Program-made: the position numbers and the translations under genes
Virus record (IMG/VR): IMGVR_UViG_3300030095_001206
Location: 21,307-85,306 of that record
Strand: one strand, 5' to 3'
Source of the DNA: a virus
Lineage: Duplodnaviria; Caudoviricetes
DNA length: 64,000 nt
Shown: piece after piece, positions 38,201 through 50,500 of the stretch
Layout of the letters: every line of letters starts with the position of its first letter
How positions within the stretch are numbered: position 1 is the first letter of the stretch
The notes under the pieces: generated by a model
What the model saw: only the letters and a program-made list of their open reading frames with translations
Databases searched by the model: none
What the model was told of the DNA's origin: nothing

Positions 38201-41200
38201 TGTAATTGTTGCTTGAGCACCAGTTGTTTGCCCCCTAAGAGTCATAGTTCCATTAAGGAATCCATAATACTGTCCCTCAGGTTGTAACTGTAGGCTGAAT
38301 GTATCAACGTTTAATATAGTCGCTGTTGAAGTATAAACTTCAGGTATTCCCTGATCATCTAGATATGGATTTACTGAATACGTATCAGTTGGAGCGTTAT
38401 AAGGACCATACTTATGATTTGGTACTGCTGCTCTAAACTGAATATAAGGTGTAGTTGAGGTTCTTGCTCCCTCGTCTAAAATTGACGGAGTAGCAATAAT
38501 TGTTTCACCAACTTGGAATGTGCCATTATTCATGGTTACTTCCAAAAGTTTAGGGAAGCAGAACTTAGCTACAGATTCTCCATCAAAGAATGGGAATAAT
38601 TGAGTTCTTGGTTTTGCTTTTGTTATTATAAATTCAATATTCCTAGAACGCATTGTAGGAATATTCTGACGATTAACAACTCTATCTCCTAGAGATTCAG
38701 AATCAATTCTCTCTACAACTCTTGTTGCAAGTCCAGTTCTAGACTGATTAGTTGTTGTAGTAGTGGTAGTATTATCTACTCTAACTCTAATATCTCTAGC
38801 TCTTGCAGTAACTGTTCTGGTTTGTCTCGTAGTTCTATTTCCAGGAACTCTTCTTTGTCTTATAACTCTTGGAGGATTATTAATAAATTCAGTTCTTACT
38901 TCTGTAGTAACTTGTCCTTGTACATCAACACCAATCCAATCAGTTTGCCATGAATTCCATTGAGTAGAGATTAATCCTGTATTAGGATCAGCCCCATTCT
39001 CTTCTATCATGTCTTCAAAATTACCTTCAATATTAACAACCTGTGCATCAATTCTTCTAGTATCAACCCAAACATCAGATGATGGGTTTAATTCCATGTC
39101 TCCATTCCAGAAAACAACAGCAAAAGGCTGAACATTTTCTGTTCTAGATGCATATGTATTTGCTACAGCAGCAACTTCAGTGTAATCAAGAGTAATTAAA
39201 TCACCAGTTCTACGACATCCAGTTCCAACAAGATCATTTGCAAAAGCAAAATCTTGAGATGGATCTGCAGTTTGTCCAATTCCAATTATTGAGTTTGTAC
39301 CCAATAACATATCAACAGCAGTTGTGTAATGAGATGGACGGCACTCACCAAGATCTTGATCTATTGAAGCATTAAAATCTGGATCACTATTTGCTTGAGC
39401 AGTTGAATGCTTAAAGTTATCTACTAAGAATCCACACTTAAATCTATCTAATCCATCAGCATCTTTGATGGACATATTTTTAGTATCACTTTCGAGTAAT
39501 GTAAGTGCAGTATGATATTCAAGATTTCTAACTCTATTATCAAGTCTAGTGATATCCTTCATTTGATATCTCTTATACTGTTTTAGCAGAGACTTAACTT
39601 GCTGTGCTTCAAATGTATAAGGTGGGATAAAGAGTGTACCAACATCTAGAGCCCCACTTATAGTTTCTGGAGGAGTTGGATTATCGGCAGGAGCTCCAGT
39701 TTGAACTTGGAAAGAACCATTGGTTGTTAAGAACAATCTATCAATTCTTCCTTGATAATAATTATATGTTAAATTTAAAGTTTCATCATCAGAAAGAATA
39801 TTTGGAGGTGTTTGTCCAGTTCCAGTAAATGTTCTTGAATCAAATTCAAATGGAGATTTTGTTGCACTAGATGGATCATAAGTAGAAACTCTAGGACGGA
39901 TATCAATATAGTCAGTTAATCTTTCTGTGAAGTTTGGGGGATCAAGATATGTGATATCATCACTAAACCTATCTGCACCATAACTATTAACACTAAAGAT
40001 ATCTCCTTCATCAGTGGATGGAACCACATAATGATAATATGCAATTTTTAATCTACGAGTTGGTTCTGCTTCATTTCCCAATCTAATAATTCTAGAATAA
40101 TCATAGAAAGAATTTCGTTGGCCATTATCAACTTCATACTTAGAAGAAATTAATCTATCACCTATTGTAAACGCAGTTACGGTTGCTTGTATTCCAGAAG
40201 ATTGGAAGTTTGCTACATCACCAATATTGAATTTAGTATCATTAACATATGCAATACCAAGTTGAGTAGAACTTGTTATTTCAACAACTACTGCAACAGC
40301 TCCATCACTAGATATAATTTCTTCACCTACAGTCAAATCTGCAGTTGTTCCATTAGGACCAGATAAAGAAGATAAGGTAATTGATGGCAGATCAGGATCT
40401 GTCATATCATTTGATTCATATATTCCTAATACATTTACTACATCAGGAACATTTAAAGAAATATCTGTATCCTCAACACGAGTTCCATAAAGATTACTAT
40501 ATGTCAATCCATTTTGAAGACTTTGACTTGTAGTACCAGACCCTACTTTGTTAGATCTAGTAATAACTGTAGTTCCTGCAGTCCATCTTTTTTCTTTTGA
40601 TGATGGATTCTTTTTCTTCAAAGTTACATCAACTCTAGTTTGAGCATCTGCAGCAACCGAAAGATTAACAAAATTAAGAGTTTTACTATCAGTACTAATG
40701 TCAATTTGATCAGCAGTAAGCGGTTCATGAGAACCATCTCCATAAGAGATTACATATCTCTGTGGAGTAAATGGCATATATGTAAAGTCTGCACTTATAC
40801 TAAACTGTGAATCGGCAATTTGACTACCAGATACAGTTACATTCTTAAATTGTTTTTTAACAATGATATCAGAATCAAGTATATTAATATCGCTTATATT
40901 ACTGTTAGGTAATTTTGTAACAAAACTATTATCATCTTTTAAACTAGAGTCAAGAAAACGAAGTTGTAAATTAGTAGTTACAACATCATTAACACCTGGA
41001 AGTTGTCCATTGAATATACCAGATACAGATGTTGCAGCTGCAACGGTTATATTGGAACCATCATCAGCAATAGCTGTTATTCTATTAAGACTAGTATCAG
41101 TAGTAGTTCCGCCATATGAAACATAATCACCAGTTGTTACAATACCTGCAAAATTATTACCAGGACTAGTTACTGTAGAAATACCTTGATTTCCTGGTGT

Positions 41201-42952
41201 AATTGTAAATGTTGGTACATTACCAATAAATGTTTTATTTCTAGGTGTAAGAGCGTGAGTTAATTTAAAGTCAGCATTAAATGTCTGACCTACTCCAGGA
41301 TTTGAGTAAACAGAGAAGATATCATTCAATCCATAATCAGTAACAGTCTTAACAATTGGACCAACAACATTTCCATTAACAGAGAATGACTCATCTCTAA
41401 CAAAATTGCCACTATTTCCATAAAGAGTTAATTCTGTGCCACCCGCCACAGCACTCACCAGGAACCCCTCAGCACCGCTAGAATCGCCTGTAATACGTGC
41501 TGGTAGGGAAATATCAATGTCAGTACTAATTCCTAGTTTTGTATAAGTTTGTACGTCAAATAAACGTAAGTCCCATTCATTCTGATCTTGATCTGATGAC
41601 TTAAGATTTACTGATTCTGCAGTAAAATTATATACCTTTGCTTTACCAATTTCTGTTCCTGCAGCAGTAGCACTAGTTACACCTATTCTTTCACTTCTTA
41701 ACGAAACAAAAGCAGTAGTTCCTAATCCAACATTTGGAGTTCCAAATGCTCTGTTAACAATAAACTGAGTACCAGTATTAAAATCTAACCCAATATCTTT
41801 TACTTCTTTTGTAGTTCTTGCCTTGGGTACATCTAGATTAGTATTACTAATTGTTTGAATATCATACCCACGAACATAAGCTTTACCAGGTGATATCTGG
41901 TAAATCATCAAGTCATTTGATGGTGTACCTCCATCTTGGGTTGTTTGACCTGGTAAATATACACCTTTATTTCCTTTTCTATTGTTTAAAGATTCTTTAA
42001 CCTTAACATTAAACGGTTTTACATAATAATTACCAGATTCATCAAAAGTTCTCTTAGCTAAAGCATCTCTAATAATAGAATTAAGAGAATCATCTTCAAA
42101 AAACTGTTTTTCACCGTCAACCAGACGCATGATTTCAACAAAGTTTTCATCATTAAGTTCATCAACTTCTTTCTTTGCTAAAACAGCAGATATTTTAAGT
42201 CTGTCAGCACCAGGTGCTGCAAAGTTAGAAAATCCTTTAGCATTGTCATATAAAGATGGATCTGCACCAGCAGTTACAATTTCCTCTTGTACACTTAACC
42301 CAACACGATATGATGGAGTATTTGTGTATTGATCAAGAATAAGAGTTTGTTTTGCAACTCTTACAAAATTACCTCTAAGAAAATAAACACCTTCTGTAAT
42401 TTGAACAGCACAACCAGTGGCTGTAGCACCTGTAGGAATAGCATTTGCAAATCCTTCATTTCCAGCAATTACAGTATTTGCATATGTAATTGATGCTAAT
42501 GTTAAAAGAGTTTCTCCATCTTGGAATGTTTGTCCACTAAAAGATGTAGAAGATTTTTCATACTGAAGATAAAAAGTTAAATTTCCATTATCTGATTCTC
42601 CTTCTGTTATATAATCAACAACTTTTGCAGTTACACCTGAAACTTCACCCTTAATTCTTTTACCAATTAACTTTTCAGCGTAAAAAGATACAGGAATACC
42701 AAAATATGCTGCTTCAACTTGAACAGCATAATAATCTTGTTGGAAAGATAATTGACCAGGTATTACTTTCGACCCTTCTCTAAAAATATGATCACCAAAT
42801 TTTTCAACCTGATTCTGAAGAATAGATTGTAATGTAGTTAATTCTCTTGCCTGAATTGGAAATCCAGGTTTGAATAATACTTTATGAAAGTCATTAGCCG
42901 CATCAAAGTCGTCAAAATATGGACTAACGTTTAGATTCGTTTCCTGTGACAT
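35285..42952 (-). CDS. large virion structural protein (VrlC/DUF4815-like)
   Basis: 2555 aa; NLNVSPYFDDF...F.KVLFKPG.P.QARELT.LQSILQNQ, APGADR, DPLAQSF. Confidence 0.88.
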   Translation of the reverse strand: MSQETNLNVSPYFDDFDAANDFHKVLFKPGFPIQARELTTLQSILQNQVEKFGDHIFREGSKVIPGQLSFQQDYYAVQVEAAYFGIPVSFYAEKLIGKRIKGEVSGVTAKVVDYITEGESDNGNLTFYLQYEKSSTSFSGQTFQDGETLLTLASITYANTVIAGNEGFANAIPTGATATGCAVQITEGVYFLRGNFVRVAKQTLILDQYTNTPSYRVGLSVQEEIVTAGADPSLYDNAKGFSNFAAPGADRLKISAVLAKKEVDELNDENFVEIMRLVDGEKQFFEDDSLNSIIRDALAKRTFDESGNYYVKPFNVKVKESLNNRKGNKGVYLPGQTTQDGGTPSNDLMIYQISPGKAYVRGYDIQTISNTNLDVPKARTTKEVKDIGLDFNTGTQFIVNRAFGTPNVGLGTTAFVSLRSERIGVTSATAAGTEIGKAKVYNFTAESVNLKSSDQDQNEWDLRLFDVQTYTKLGISTDIDISLPARITGDSSGAEGFLVSAVAGGTELTLYGNSGNFVRDESFSVNGNVVGPIVKTVTDYGLNDIFSVYSNPGVGQTFNADFKLTHALTPRNKTFIGNVPTFTITPGNQGISTVTSPGNNFAGIVTTGDYVSYGGTTTDTSLNRITAIADDGSNITVAAATSVSGIFNGQLPGVNDVVTTNLQLRFLDSSLKDDNSFVTKLPNSNISDINILDSDIIVKKQFKNVTVSGSQIADSQFSISADFTYMPFTPQRYVISYGDGSHEPLTADQIDISTDSKTLNFVNLSVAADAQTRVDVTLKKKNPSSKEKRWTAGTTVITRSNKVGSGTTSQSLQNGLTYSNLYGTRVEDTDISLNVPDVVNVLGIYESNDMTDPDLPSITLSSLSGPNGTTADLTVGEEIISSDGAVAVVVEITSSTQLGIAYVNDTKFNIGDVANFQSSGIQATVTAFTIGDRLISSKYEVDNGQRNSFYDYSRIIRLGNEAEPTRRLKIAYYHYVVPSTDEGDIFSVNSYGADRFSDDITYLDPPNFTERLTDYIDIRPRVSTYDPSSATKSPFEFDSRTFTGTGQTPPNILSDDETLNLTYNYYQGRIDRLFLTTNGSFQVQTGAPADNPTPPETISGALDVGTLFIPPYTFEAQQVKSLLKQYKRYQMKDITRLDNRVRNLEYHTALTLLESDTKNMSIKDADGLDRFKCGFLVDNFKHSTAQANSDPDFNASIDQDLGECRPSHYTTAVDMLLGTNSIIGIGQTADPSQDFAFANDLVGTGCRRTGDLITLDYTEVAAVANTYASRTENVQPFAVVFWNGDMELNPSSDVWVDTRRIDAQVVNIEGNFEDMIEENGADPNTGLISTQWNSWQTDWIGVDVQGQVTTEVRTEFINNPPRVIRQRRVPGNRTTRQTRTVTARARDIRVRVDNTTTTTTTNQSRTGLATRVVERIDSESLGDRVVNRQNIPTMRSRNIEFIITKAKPRTQLFPFFDGESVAKFCFPKLLEVTMNNGTFQVGETIIATPSILDEGARTSTTPYIQFRAAVPNHKYGPYNAPTDTYSVNPYLDDQGIPEVYTSTATILNVDTFSLQLQPEGQYYGFLNGTMTLRGQTTGAQATITTTRLITDNVGTLIGSFFVPDSTINENPEFASGTKTLRLSSSAVNSLIPGVVTTAVEKNYESSGVIETLQESIINTRNAEIVTENLTDNRVLTDVQRRVNQRRDVGVIRERTTTFQQTILTQWYDPLAQSFDVGNPNGVFITSCDLYFSTKDEELPCSVEIRTCELGTPTTTIIPLSKKELLPANINVSTDASVATRFTFDSPIYLEGGNEYALVVVSPSTEYNIWISRLGEEDVSTTGLGESQKVLITQQPYLGSLFKSQNASTWTPSQLEDMKFTLYKAEFTSGTTGTVNFYNPELGVGNNEIVELNPNPINTLSKKVTLGLTSSIADSIDTLGITTGVSIAQTGSGLSGGVGNIIAIGGSVVSSGSTDGLLAVNPGAGYTVATTESIQPFTITGAGSGMVVTVQVSTAGSVYQDPNNKAGLVGLVSVTDGGRGYKIGDVVGIPTASMNGIGTGAQLSVVSIGFTNTLFLDQVQGDFVAAGSSMNYVTNTGIRSEINGSGSNVTILNGQAITDPFYDGKSIKVIQKNHGMHESNNLVKIEGIVSDIAPTSLTGAYGRDNTGDLVVSAGAAFTDFEGVGVGTTNPGYAKIGNEIIQYTSVNTNTLSGITRAQDSTLAFTHPVNQLVYKYEFNGVSLRRINKTHNMSEVANQGSHPITMDTYYVAIDSDASSSDGVGIGVSRTASANGFPSLYFSDTKSGGESRITASQNIQFEVLTPNVQTIIPKGTSINSRVRTISARSVSGTETSFDDQGFETITLNESNYFDDPRMIASKVNENSKLSSLPGNKSLNIQCDLNSNNSDISPVIDIDRVSAILTTNRVDDTVGIFANDPRVKIPGEDPTSATYVTKNVGLEVPSTGLKVMFSANRASTADIRVAYALFRKDDAENEFRYQLFPGYDNRDESGQIINPRNNSGLPDTFVAPSMQKDIFREYEFTIDSLKEFDGFKIKIMMTATNQARPPRISEFRAIALS

Positions 42953-42955
42953 GTT

Positions 42956-44521
42956 TTAGAACTCGACGATGATTTTGATGTCTTCTTTTTGATTAATTGA
43001 CCTCGTAATTGAAGCCCTATTATCAACGTATATAATTTCTCCAGAGTATTTCTTAACTTCTGGTGGAGCAACTCCTTCTGTAAAGGTTTGTCCTAAGTTA
43101 TACGTTTTATTATTTATTACGGTGGTTATACCGCTATAGTCCAGATCAATATTTAAATCTACTGATCCACCACTAATAACAGTTGTTCCTCCTGTTGCTA
43201 CAGTAGATGAGAAATCATGTAACTCAAATCCATACTCTGGATTTGTTTTTGCTATACCAGCAGTAGTAAATCCCGCAAGAGCACTAGCTTGCCAATACTT
43301 AAGAACTCTTGTCGTTGCATTCCAAGCAACAACTTGACCTACAGCAGTAGATCCTACACCAACTGTTTGGCGAACTCTAGAGTCTGCAGTAAATGTTGCT
43401 GCAGTCACACCTGCTCCAGTTAGTCTTAATGCATAAACAGCACTTGCTTGAGTAGCACTAACAACTGTAGAAGAAGCATTTTCTTCTGGATTCTTTACAA
43501 GACCAACTCTTGCAAATTGTTGTCCTGTAACAAAATCAGGGTTAGAATCATCATTCTCAATACGAGAATAAACTAGAACTCTAGTTGCACCCAATTCTCT
43601 ATAAATGTCAGCACCATGTCCTCCCTGAGGTGGAATGATAACATTAAAAACAGCATCAGTACTACCAGAAGTATTGGTAATACCACCTGCTTCTAGATCA
43701 ACTGTACCATAAGTATATCCATCACCACCTTGTGTAACACTAACAGCAGATACTTGACCAGAAGAGTTAACAGTTACAGAACATTTTGCATTGTTTCCAT
43801 TTCCATTAACAGGAACATTGGTATAAGTAGAAGCATTACCGTAACCAGCACCTCTATTAGTAATAACAATATTCTTTAATTGGTTTCCACTAAGAGCAGC
43901 GTTACCTCTTACTGCAGTAATATTTGCATTAGTGGTTGTTTCCCAATCATCAGGAACTGGGATAAAATTAGTTGATTCAAATTTGACAAGATCTCCAGGG
44001 TTAATAGTATAGAGATACTTCCAAAGATAACCATCACCACTAGTACCAGCAGCCTTTGGTTCCAAATCTGTGTGAAGAGGTTCATCAAGAGACGGTTTAC
44101 CTAATAAGTTATCTGGATCAAAACCATTAGCAACACAAATATAAACTCTATAATCACTATTCATTACATAGTAATTTGCACCATATAAATTTGATGCTCC
44201 AGTTTGTGCAGCAGTATTACTTCTACTATAATCGTCTCTATAATAATCGTATGTTGTACCAGAAGTCCAAGCAAGTTTTCTTACAACTCTCTTTACATCT
44301 CCAGCATTTATTTTCTTCAATGCAATCATAGTATCCCAATACCTATCCTCTTGATGGAAAGAATCTTTAGGATCAGGAACATTACTATCCCAATCTGACT
44401 GAACATCAGTTGCGTTCGGCAGATTAATAAAACTATAATAACTATTCGTAGTCGTCTTAATACCTGCTGCAAAATTAGCGGCATTCAAGACCCTTAGTTG
44501 ATCTGTTATAATAGCAGACAT
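42956..44521 (-). CDS. g8: baseplate wedge subunit
   Basis: MSAIITDQ.R.LNA.NF, W.SG..YD.Y, DGY.WKYLY, PP.GHG, E..KYSG.IIY.DNR. Confidence 0.92.
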   Translation of the reverse strand: MSAIITDQLRVLNAANFAAGIKTTTNSYYSFINLPNATDVQSDWDSNVPDPKDSFHQEDRYWDTMIALKKINAGDVKRVVRKLAWTSGTTYDYYRDDYSRSNTAAQTGASNLYGANYYVMNSDYRVYICVANGFDPDNLLGKPSLDEPLHTDLEPKAAGTSGDGYLWKYLYTINPGDLVKFESTNFIPVPDDWETTTNANITAVRGNAALSGNQLKNIVITNRGAGYGNASTYTNVPVNGNGNNAKCSVTVNSSGQVSAVSVTQGGDGYTYGTVDLEAGGITNTSGSTDAVFNVIIPPQGGHGADIYRELGATRVLVYSRIENDDSNPDFVTGQQFARVGLVKNPEENASSTVVSATQASAVYALRLTGAGVTAATFTADSRVRQTVGVGSTAVGQVVAWNATTRVLKYWQASALAGFTTAGIAKTNPEYGFELHDFSSTVATGGTTVISGGSVDLNIDLDYSGITTVINNKTYNLGQTFTEGVAPPEVKKYSGEIIYVDNRASITRSINQKEDIKIIVEF

Positions 44522-44541
44522 TTACTTAGACTTTTTTTCTT

Positions 44542-44549
44542 TATTTAGT
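44542..44549 (-). promoter_or_regulatory. late promoter (g8)
   Basis: ACTAAATA upstream of g8. Confidence 0.65.
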
Positions 44550-47500
44550 AAGAACGTTTGATGTTTTTAATTCTGCGAATTACAGGGGCAGTTGATAGCC
44601 CAGTAATACCATCATCAGTAACAATACTGAACGCATGTGGGTCACTATCTCTAGTAACATTAGTCAATTTACCGAAAGTATAATTACCAAAGTAACTATT
44701 AATTCCAGTAGTAACACTTTCTGTAGAAGATACACTAACTGTGACTCTTTGAACCCCAGTTGTACCAACTCCTACTACATAATTTTCACTATATGAAACA
44801 GACATGGCCTCATATATGTTATCTATAAAGGTAGATCCAATGCCAACAGTACCAATACCAGTTCCAGTACCGTAGGATGTTAATCCAATACCAGTATTAG
44901 AATTATGTACCATAAATTTATCACCTGCTGTTAATGCAGTTATAGTCACTGCAGTACCAACTCTGGTAGCATCTCTGAATAATTCATTTACATATAAATC
45001 AAACACTAATCCAGTGGATGCAACTCCAACAGTAGTAGCAGCAATACCAGAAATAAATCCAAAGTCTCCTTGTATAGTAGGAGTTCCAAGTGTATCAGCA
45101 ACACCAGTTGGTTCTCCAATTAGAACTAAAGGTGTAGTTGTATTAGTATAACCAGCACCAACTTCATCAACAGTTAGTGTATTAACTGTTCCAGCAGCAC
45201 TGACTGTAGCAGATGCAGTTGCAAGTGTACTTACACCAAAGTATGTACTAATAGAAACTGTAGGTGCTTCAGTATATCCCATACCTGCATTTGTCAAATC
45301 TAGACTAATAGTTCCTGTGTCAGAAACGATAGCAGTTGCAGCAGCAGAAATCTTAGGTCCATTTTCATCAACAATAACTAAATTCAATTCAGATCCTGTG
45401 TATCCTTCCTCATTATCATCAAATAATGGACGGAGACTTTCAACATAGATTGTTGTAGAACCAACACCAACATTACTGATAATTCTAGTAGAAGGAGTAA
45501 TAGCAGATTCATTGATGATTCTTGCTTTAGACACATATACACCATCAACAACAATATCATCTTTTTGCTTGATCCACGTCATAGGACGTTCCATAGCAGT
45601 ATTGGTGGTGATACCAGGACCAAAGTACTGAATCGTGCTGAACTTATCGGAGGTTTGAATACCACTAACAATACGTTCAGTTTGATCAAATCCAAAGGTT
45701 GAAGACTTAGTGGCTTCATCACGAAGACGAATCTTATCACCTTTCTTTATAGTTTCAATAATATCAACAAATACAGAGTCTGTAGCAGATCCTTTAAAGT
45801 AATAAACCTTTAAACTATCTCCTTCTTTAGGTGCTTCAAGGAAGTCAATAACACTACCACCCTTAAACTCATAAGAAACACCAGGATCTTGTAAAATATC
45901 ATTAATAAAGATAAGTAAATTATCTTGAATTCTAATAGGTGATCCTTTAGCAGATCTAAGTGAAACAGGAACTCCTGCCTTGTTTATTGTAAATGATTTT
46001 TTAACTCCATCAAAGAATGGACTAAAGTTATCAAGTACTTCTAATTGTCCAAATGTCCAACCAGAGAAACTATCATCATGAACTGATTCAATAATGATGC
46101 GGAAATCTTTAAAGTTTGCAGGTGTACCAGTTGTTGGAATACCAGTAAAGTTTGCAGTATTAGCAGGAACAGTTAATACATCACCAACGGCATAGTTACG
46201 TCCAGTATTATTAATCCTAAATTGAGTTACACTATTACCTAAACCAACTGTAATATCAACGGTAGCATCTACTCCACTTGTAGTAGAACCACCAGCAGCA
46301 ACTAAAGGTACATTATCATATCCAGTAGGTGCATCAATAAAAACTTTAGGTGGATTTTCAAAAGTATATCCAGCAGCCACAGCATTTGTAACTCCAATAC
46401 TTACAACGTATCCACTTTCAACAACAGCAGTACCAATAGAAACAATATTTGGATATCCAGTAGCACCTGAAGTACCTACTCCAACATAAACAGTTTGAAT
46501 ACCAATTCTATATCCACTACCACTATTACCAATAGATATTGACTCAATAGTTCCTAACCCAGAAATAACAGCAGTACCACCAGCAGCAACTAATGGTTGA
46601 TATCCCATTCCTTCTGATGAACCAACATTAACAAGAATACCACCTCTAGGAAGAGTACCAACATTCAAATCTGCTGTTACTGATGAAGCAGTTCCTGTAA
46701 ATGTAATGGATGATATTCCACTAGTATCTTCAGTTAAAGTGTAGTCAACATCTGGACCTTGGAATATCTCATTTAACAAGAATACACCATTATTAGTAGA
46801 GAATCCAACAACATTTGAAGTTGAACTTGTTAACGTAAATGTCTTAGCAATACCAGTAAAATCTTTAGAGATAGAATCAAAGAGGAGGTTATCATTGTAA
46901 GCCTCATTATCATCAGACTCTGCAGTTCTGATAAATGATCTTCCTTGGAAAGTAGAACGTGTTTGTAATCCAGCATAGCCCTCTTCACCATAAGGAGGTT
47001 CTACAAAGTTTAGTGAATTACCTAATATGGTGTAATTACCATCATACTTAGTAACTACAAGATTATTACCAGAAGATACTGTATGAACTCCAAGATCACT
47101 ACCCAACCATCCTCTATCCACTAATAACTGATTTGCAATACCAGCGTATCCAGTAGATTTAACTCTCATATATTCATCATCAACTTTTATTATCTCACCA
47201 CCAACCATTGAAGCAACGTTTGTTATCTGAGCATTAACCTGCGAAGCATTCATGGTGCTAACCAATCCAACAGTAACACCAGTAGAAACAATTGGTGATT
47301 GGATATTGTTATCAAGAGCAATTAAACACTTAGTGTCTTGCTTATGAGATGTAATAGAATGACTATTACCAGTTCCAACTGTAGTAAATCCAAGAACTGT
47401 TGGAGGTGTTGCAAGAGCATCAGATGCAGTAGGTGCTAATCTAATCAAATCTTCACTAACTTTAACAGCATAAACCGTAGTTCCAATTACACCACCAACT

Positions 47501-50500
47501 GTAGCAATACCAGCTCCATCATAAGCATATGTAAGTTTCTCACCACTAACTAAGAAATGATCTGCAAGTTGAATGGTATTTGCATCAATACTAATAACTG
47601 AAGTATCAATTTCAGGATCCCAAACCTTTCTAAAGATTGGCCTGTTTCTATGAGTAAGATTAAAGTTACGTTTAACAACAGAAAGAGTACCACTATAAGT
47701 ACCTTCCCCAGTACGGAATTGACCAATTGAATTACCATCTCCTATTCCAAGAGTAGTAATACCACTAGATCTTTGATTCTCTACAGTTTGTCCATATACT
47801 CTTACCTTAGTTGCTATGTTTTCATTTGGTGTAAAGTAAACACAGAAATCACTACCTGAGAAACCAGCACCAACAGTTCCTAATCCAACATCCAATCCAT
47901 TGCCATCATCATCATAGGTAAGAACTTCACCATACTCTGAAGAATATGCTTGAGCAATTATACCATCACTGGATTGAGAAACAAGCATTTCTCTAAGAGA
48001 TGCTTTACTGTTAGTTGTATCTTCTACATTGATTATGAAATGAGCACCTTCATACTCTGTGCTTGTAAATCCACAAATATTATTTTGTCCAGGAGTTGCA
48101 GAAGCAGAAATAGAAGTATAGAATGACTCCATCATTCCTTCTACTAGTGTTGTAGAACCAACTCCAGTAGCATTGGAATTAAATTCATAATCAACAATCT
48201 TAACTGCACATGTAGTATTAACACCAGCATTTGGATAGAAATTTAAATTAGTTGGTCCATTTGTTTCAACTCCAAATGTTCCAATCATTCCTCCACTACA
48301 GAAAGCACCATAATCAACAAATCCTGTACCAGAATCATTACCACTATTATCATGAACAATATTAATTTCTGCTAACTGATGAGTAGCAATACCAGCAGTA
48401 GTTTGCACAACTTCAACTATTACTTTATTAGCCGCAGAGTTAGTTGAACTAATGCCAAGAATACTACTTGCTGCTCCAATAGCAGTAGTCGTCGTAAATC
48501 CAGTAATTGTGACTAAATCTCCTATAGATGTAGATCCAATTCCAGTAACAGCACCAGTTCCAACACCAGACATTCTATTAAAGTCAACAGAAATAAAATC
48601 AATAACATAGTTGTTTAATTCAAATTTAGTTGGATAGAAATTAAGGTTAGCAAATGCACCACTAAAGACATAATCAAAGTATCCTAAGAAACCAGAACTA
48701 TCGATGCTATACTGGTTAATATATGCATAAGTACCATCTTGGACAACATTGAAGAATCCAGTTTGAGTCTCCCCAGTATAACGTGTATCTTTTACATGAT
48801 AGAAGTATCTGTGGGCAGAGAAGGTATCTTTGTTTACAAAATCAAACTTCTCAAAGGGGTCTGTTCTAGGAGTGCTGGAGAATAAATCGCCAACATCATC
48901 AATTGATAGAACTCTGTTAGTTCTTGCTTCCTCATAATCAGTAAGAATCTTATTATCTAAAACAATCTCTTTAGAAACAGTTATTTGATTGGCACTACTA
49001 ATACCAGCAACTTCAACACTTAATTCTGAAGCATTATCAAAATCTAATTTAGTACCAACATCACTCACTGATGATAAATCAACTTTAATATCTACTGTTT
49101 GAATACCAACAGATGCAGAAGCAGCACCTCTACCAGGATTAGGGAATCCTACTCCTCCAGTTCCATACGAACCATCACCTTGCTCATCTGCATCATTCGG
49201 TCTTCCATCAAAAGATTCAATCTCCATATCAGAGAACTTTTTAAATCCACTAGTATGAGTTATTTCACTAACTACATCTTTCCAAGTAGAATACTGAACA
49301 GGTGATTTGATTGAATATGCAAATGATTGATAATAATCATTATCAGGCATTCTCTGTCTTGAATCATTTAAGAACCCAGTTATATTTTGATTTCCTTGTC
49401 TTTGTTCTACAAGAGGCCCTACATCAAAAGTAGATTCAAAATTCTCAATTGATTGTACGAATCCAACTTGATTAGATGAATCTCCTTCAATTTGCTTACC
49501 TTCTTCAAATACATCACCAGTAGCAACTCTTAATGTATTATTATTTCTATTCCATCCAATTACAGTACCAGTCTTAGTTCCAGTAAGAGTTTCTTGAGTA
49601 ATTTTTTCTTTAATATTAAAATCACCCTTTAAAGTCACTGGTTCAAAACCAGGAAAATGTTTTTCTGGTATTATCCTACCAGCAGATGCATCTGGGTCAT
49701 ATTCGCCAGGATTATCATTTTCTAGAACAAAAGTAACTTTAGGATCAGCACCACCAAAGTTAGGCGTAATAGAATTAAGAGTAAAGAGGTTATAATCATA
49801 TTCACTAGAGTTGTATCCAAATCCAGTAGTAGCAATACCGACACCTTCAATTAAAACTTTATCACCAACAGCAAATGGGAAGTCTTGTCCTACAGAGAAA
49901 TCAGTATCAAGAGTAAGTTCTACTGTTGCAGAAGTAGTTGTAAATCCAACAGTTTCAATACCAACTCCATTAGAATTATGAATAGGTATTATGGTTGGTT
50001 TAGGATCTTGAAGTCTCTTAGTATTTTCCTTAATACTAGCACTCGAAACACCAACTGATCCAGTTACTTCAGTAGTAATATCACATTCATCTAAAATTGA
50101 TCCACTAACTCTATCCTTAACAATCAACTTTGGTGCAATAGAATAATTATGTCCACCAGAAGTAATTCCAATATGATCTAAGGTTCTAAACCTATCAATT
50201 TTAAATAGACTTGGTAATGCTCCAGTTGGACGTAAAGTTTTGTCATATGGGAATTCATAACCAGGATTGGTAATATGTGTTGTTTGTACTTTACCAATAG
50301 AATTACTTTCTACTCTTAAGATGCAACCATTGCCATAAGTTGTAGCAGCAGTTCCCGTAAATGTTCTACTTACAGTAGAAACTCCAGGAATACTATTATA
50401 ACCATATCCTTTATTGGTTATCTTAATATCTGCAATAGGCCCTAAAGCACCAGCAGAAGAAGTTTCATATGATAAACGAGCAGTTATATTTGTATAACTT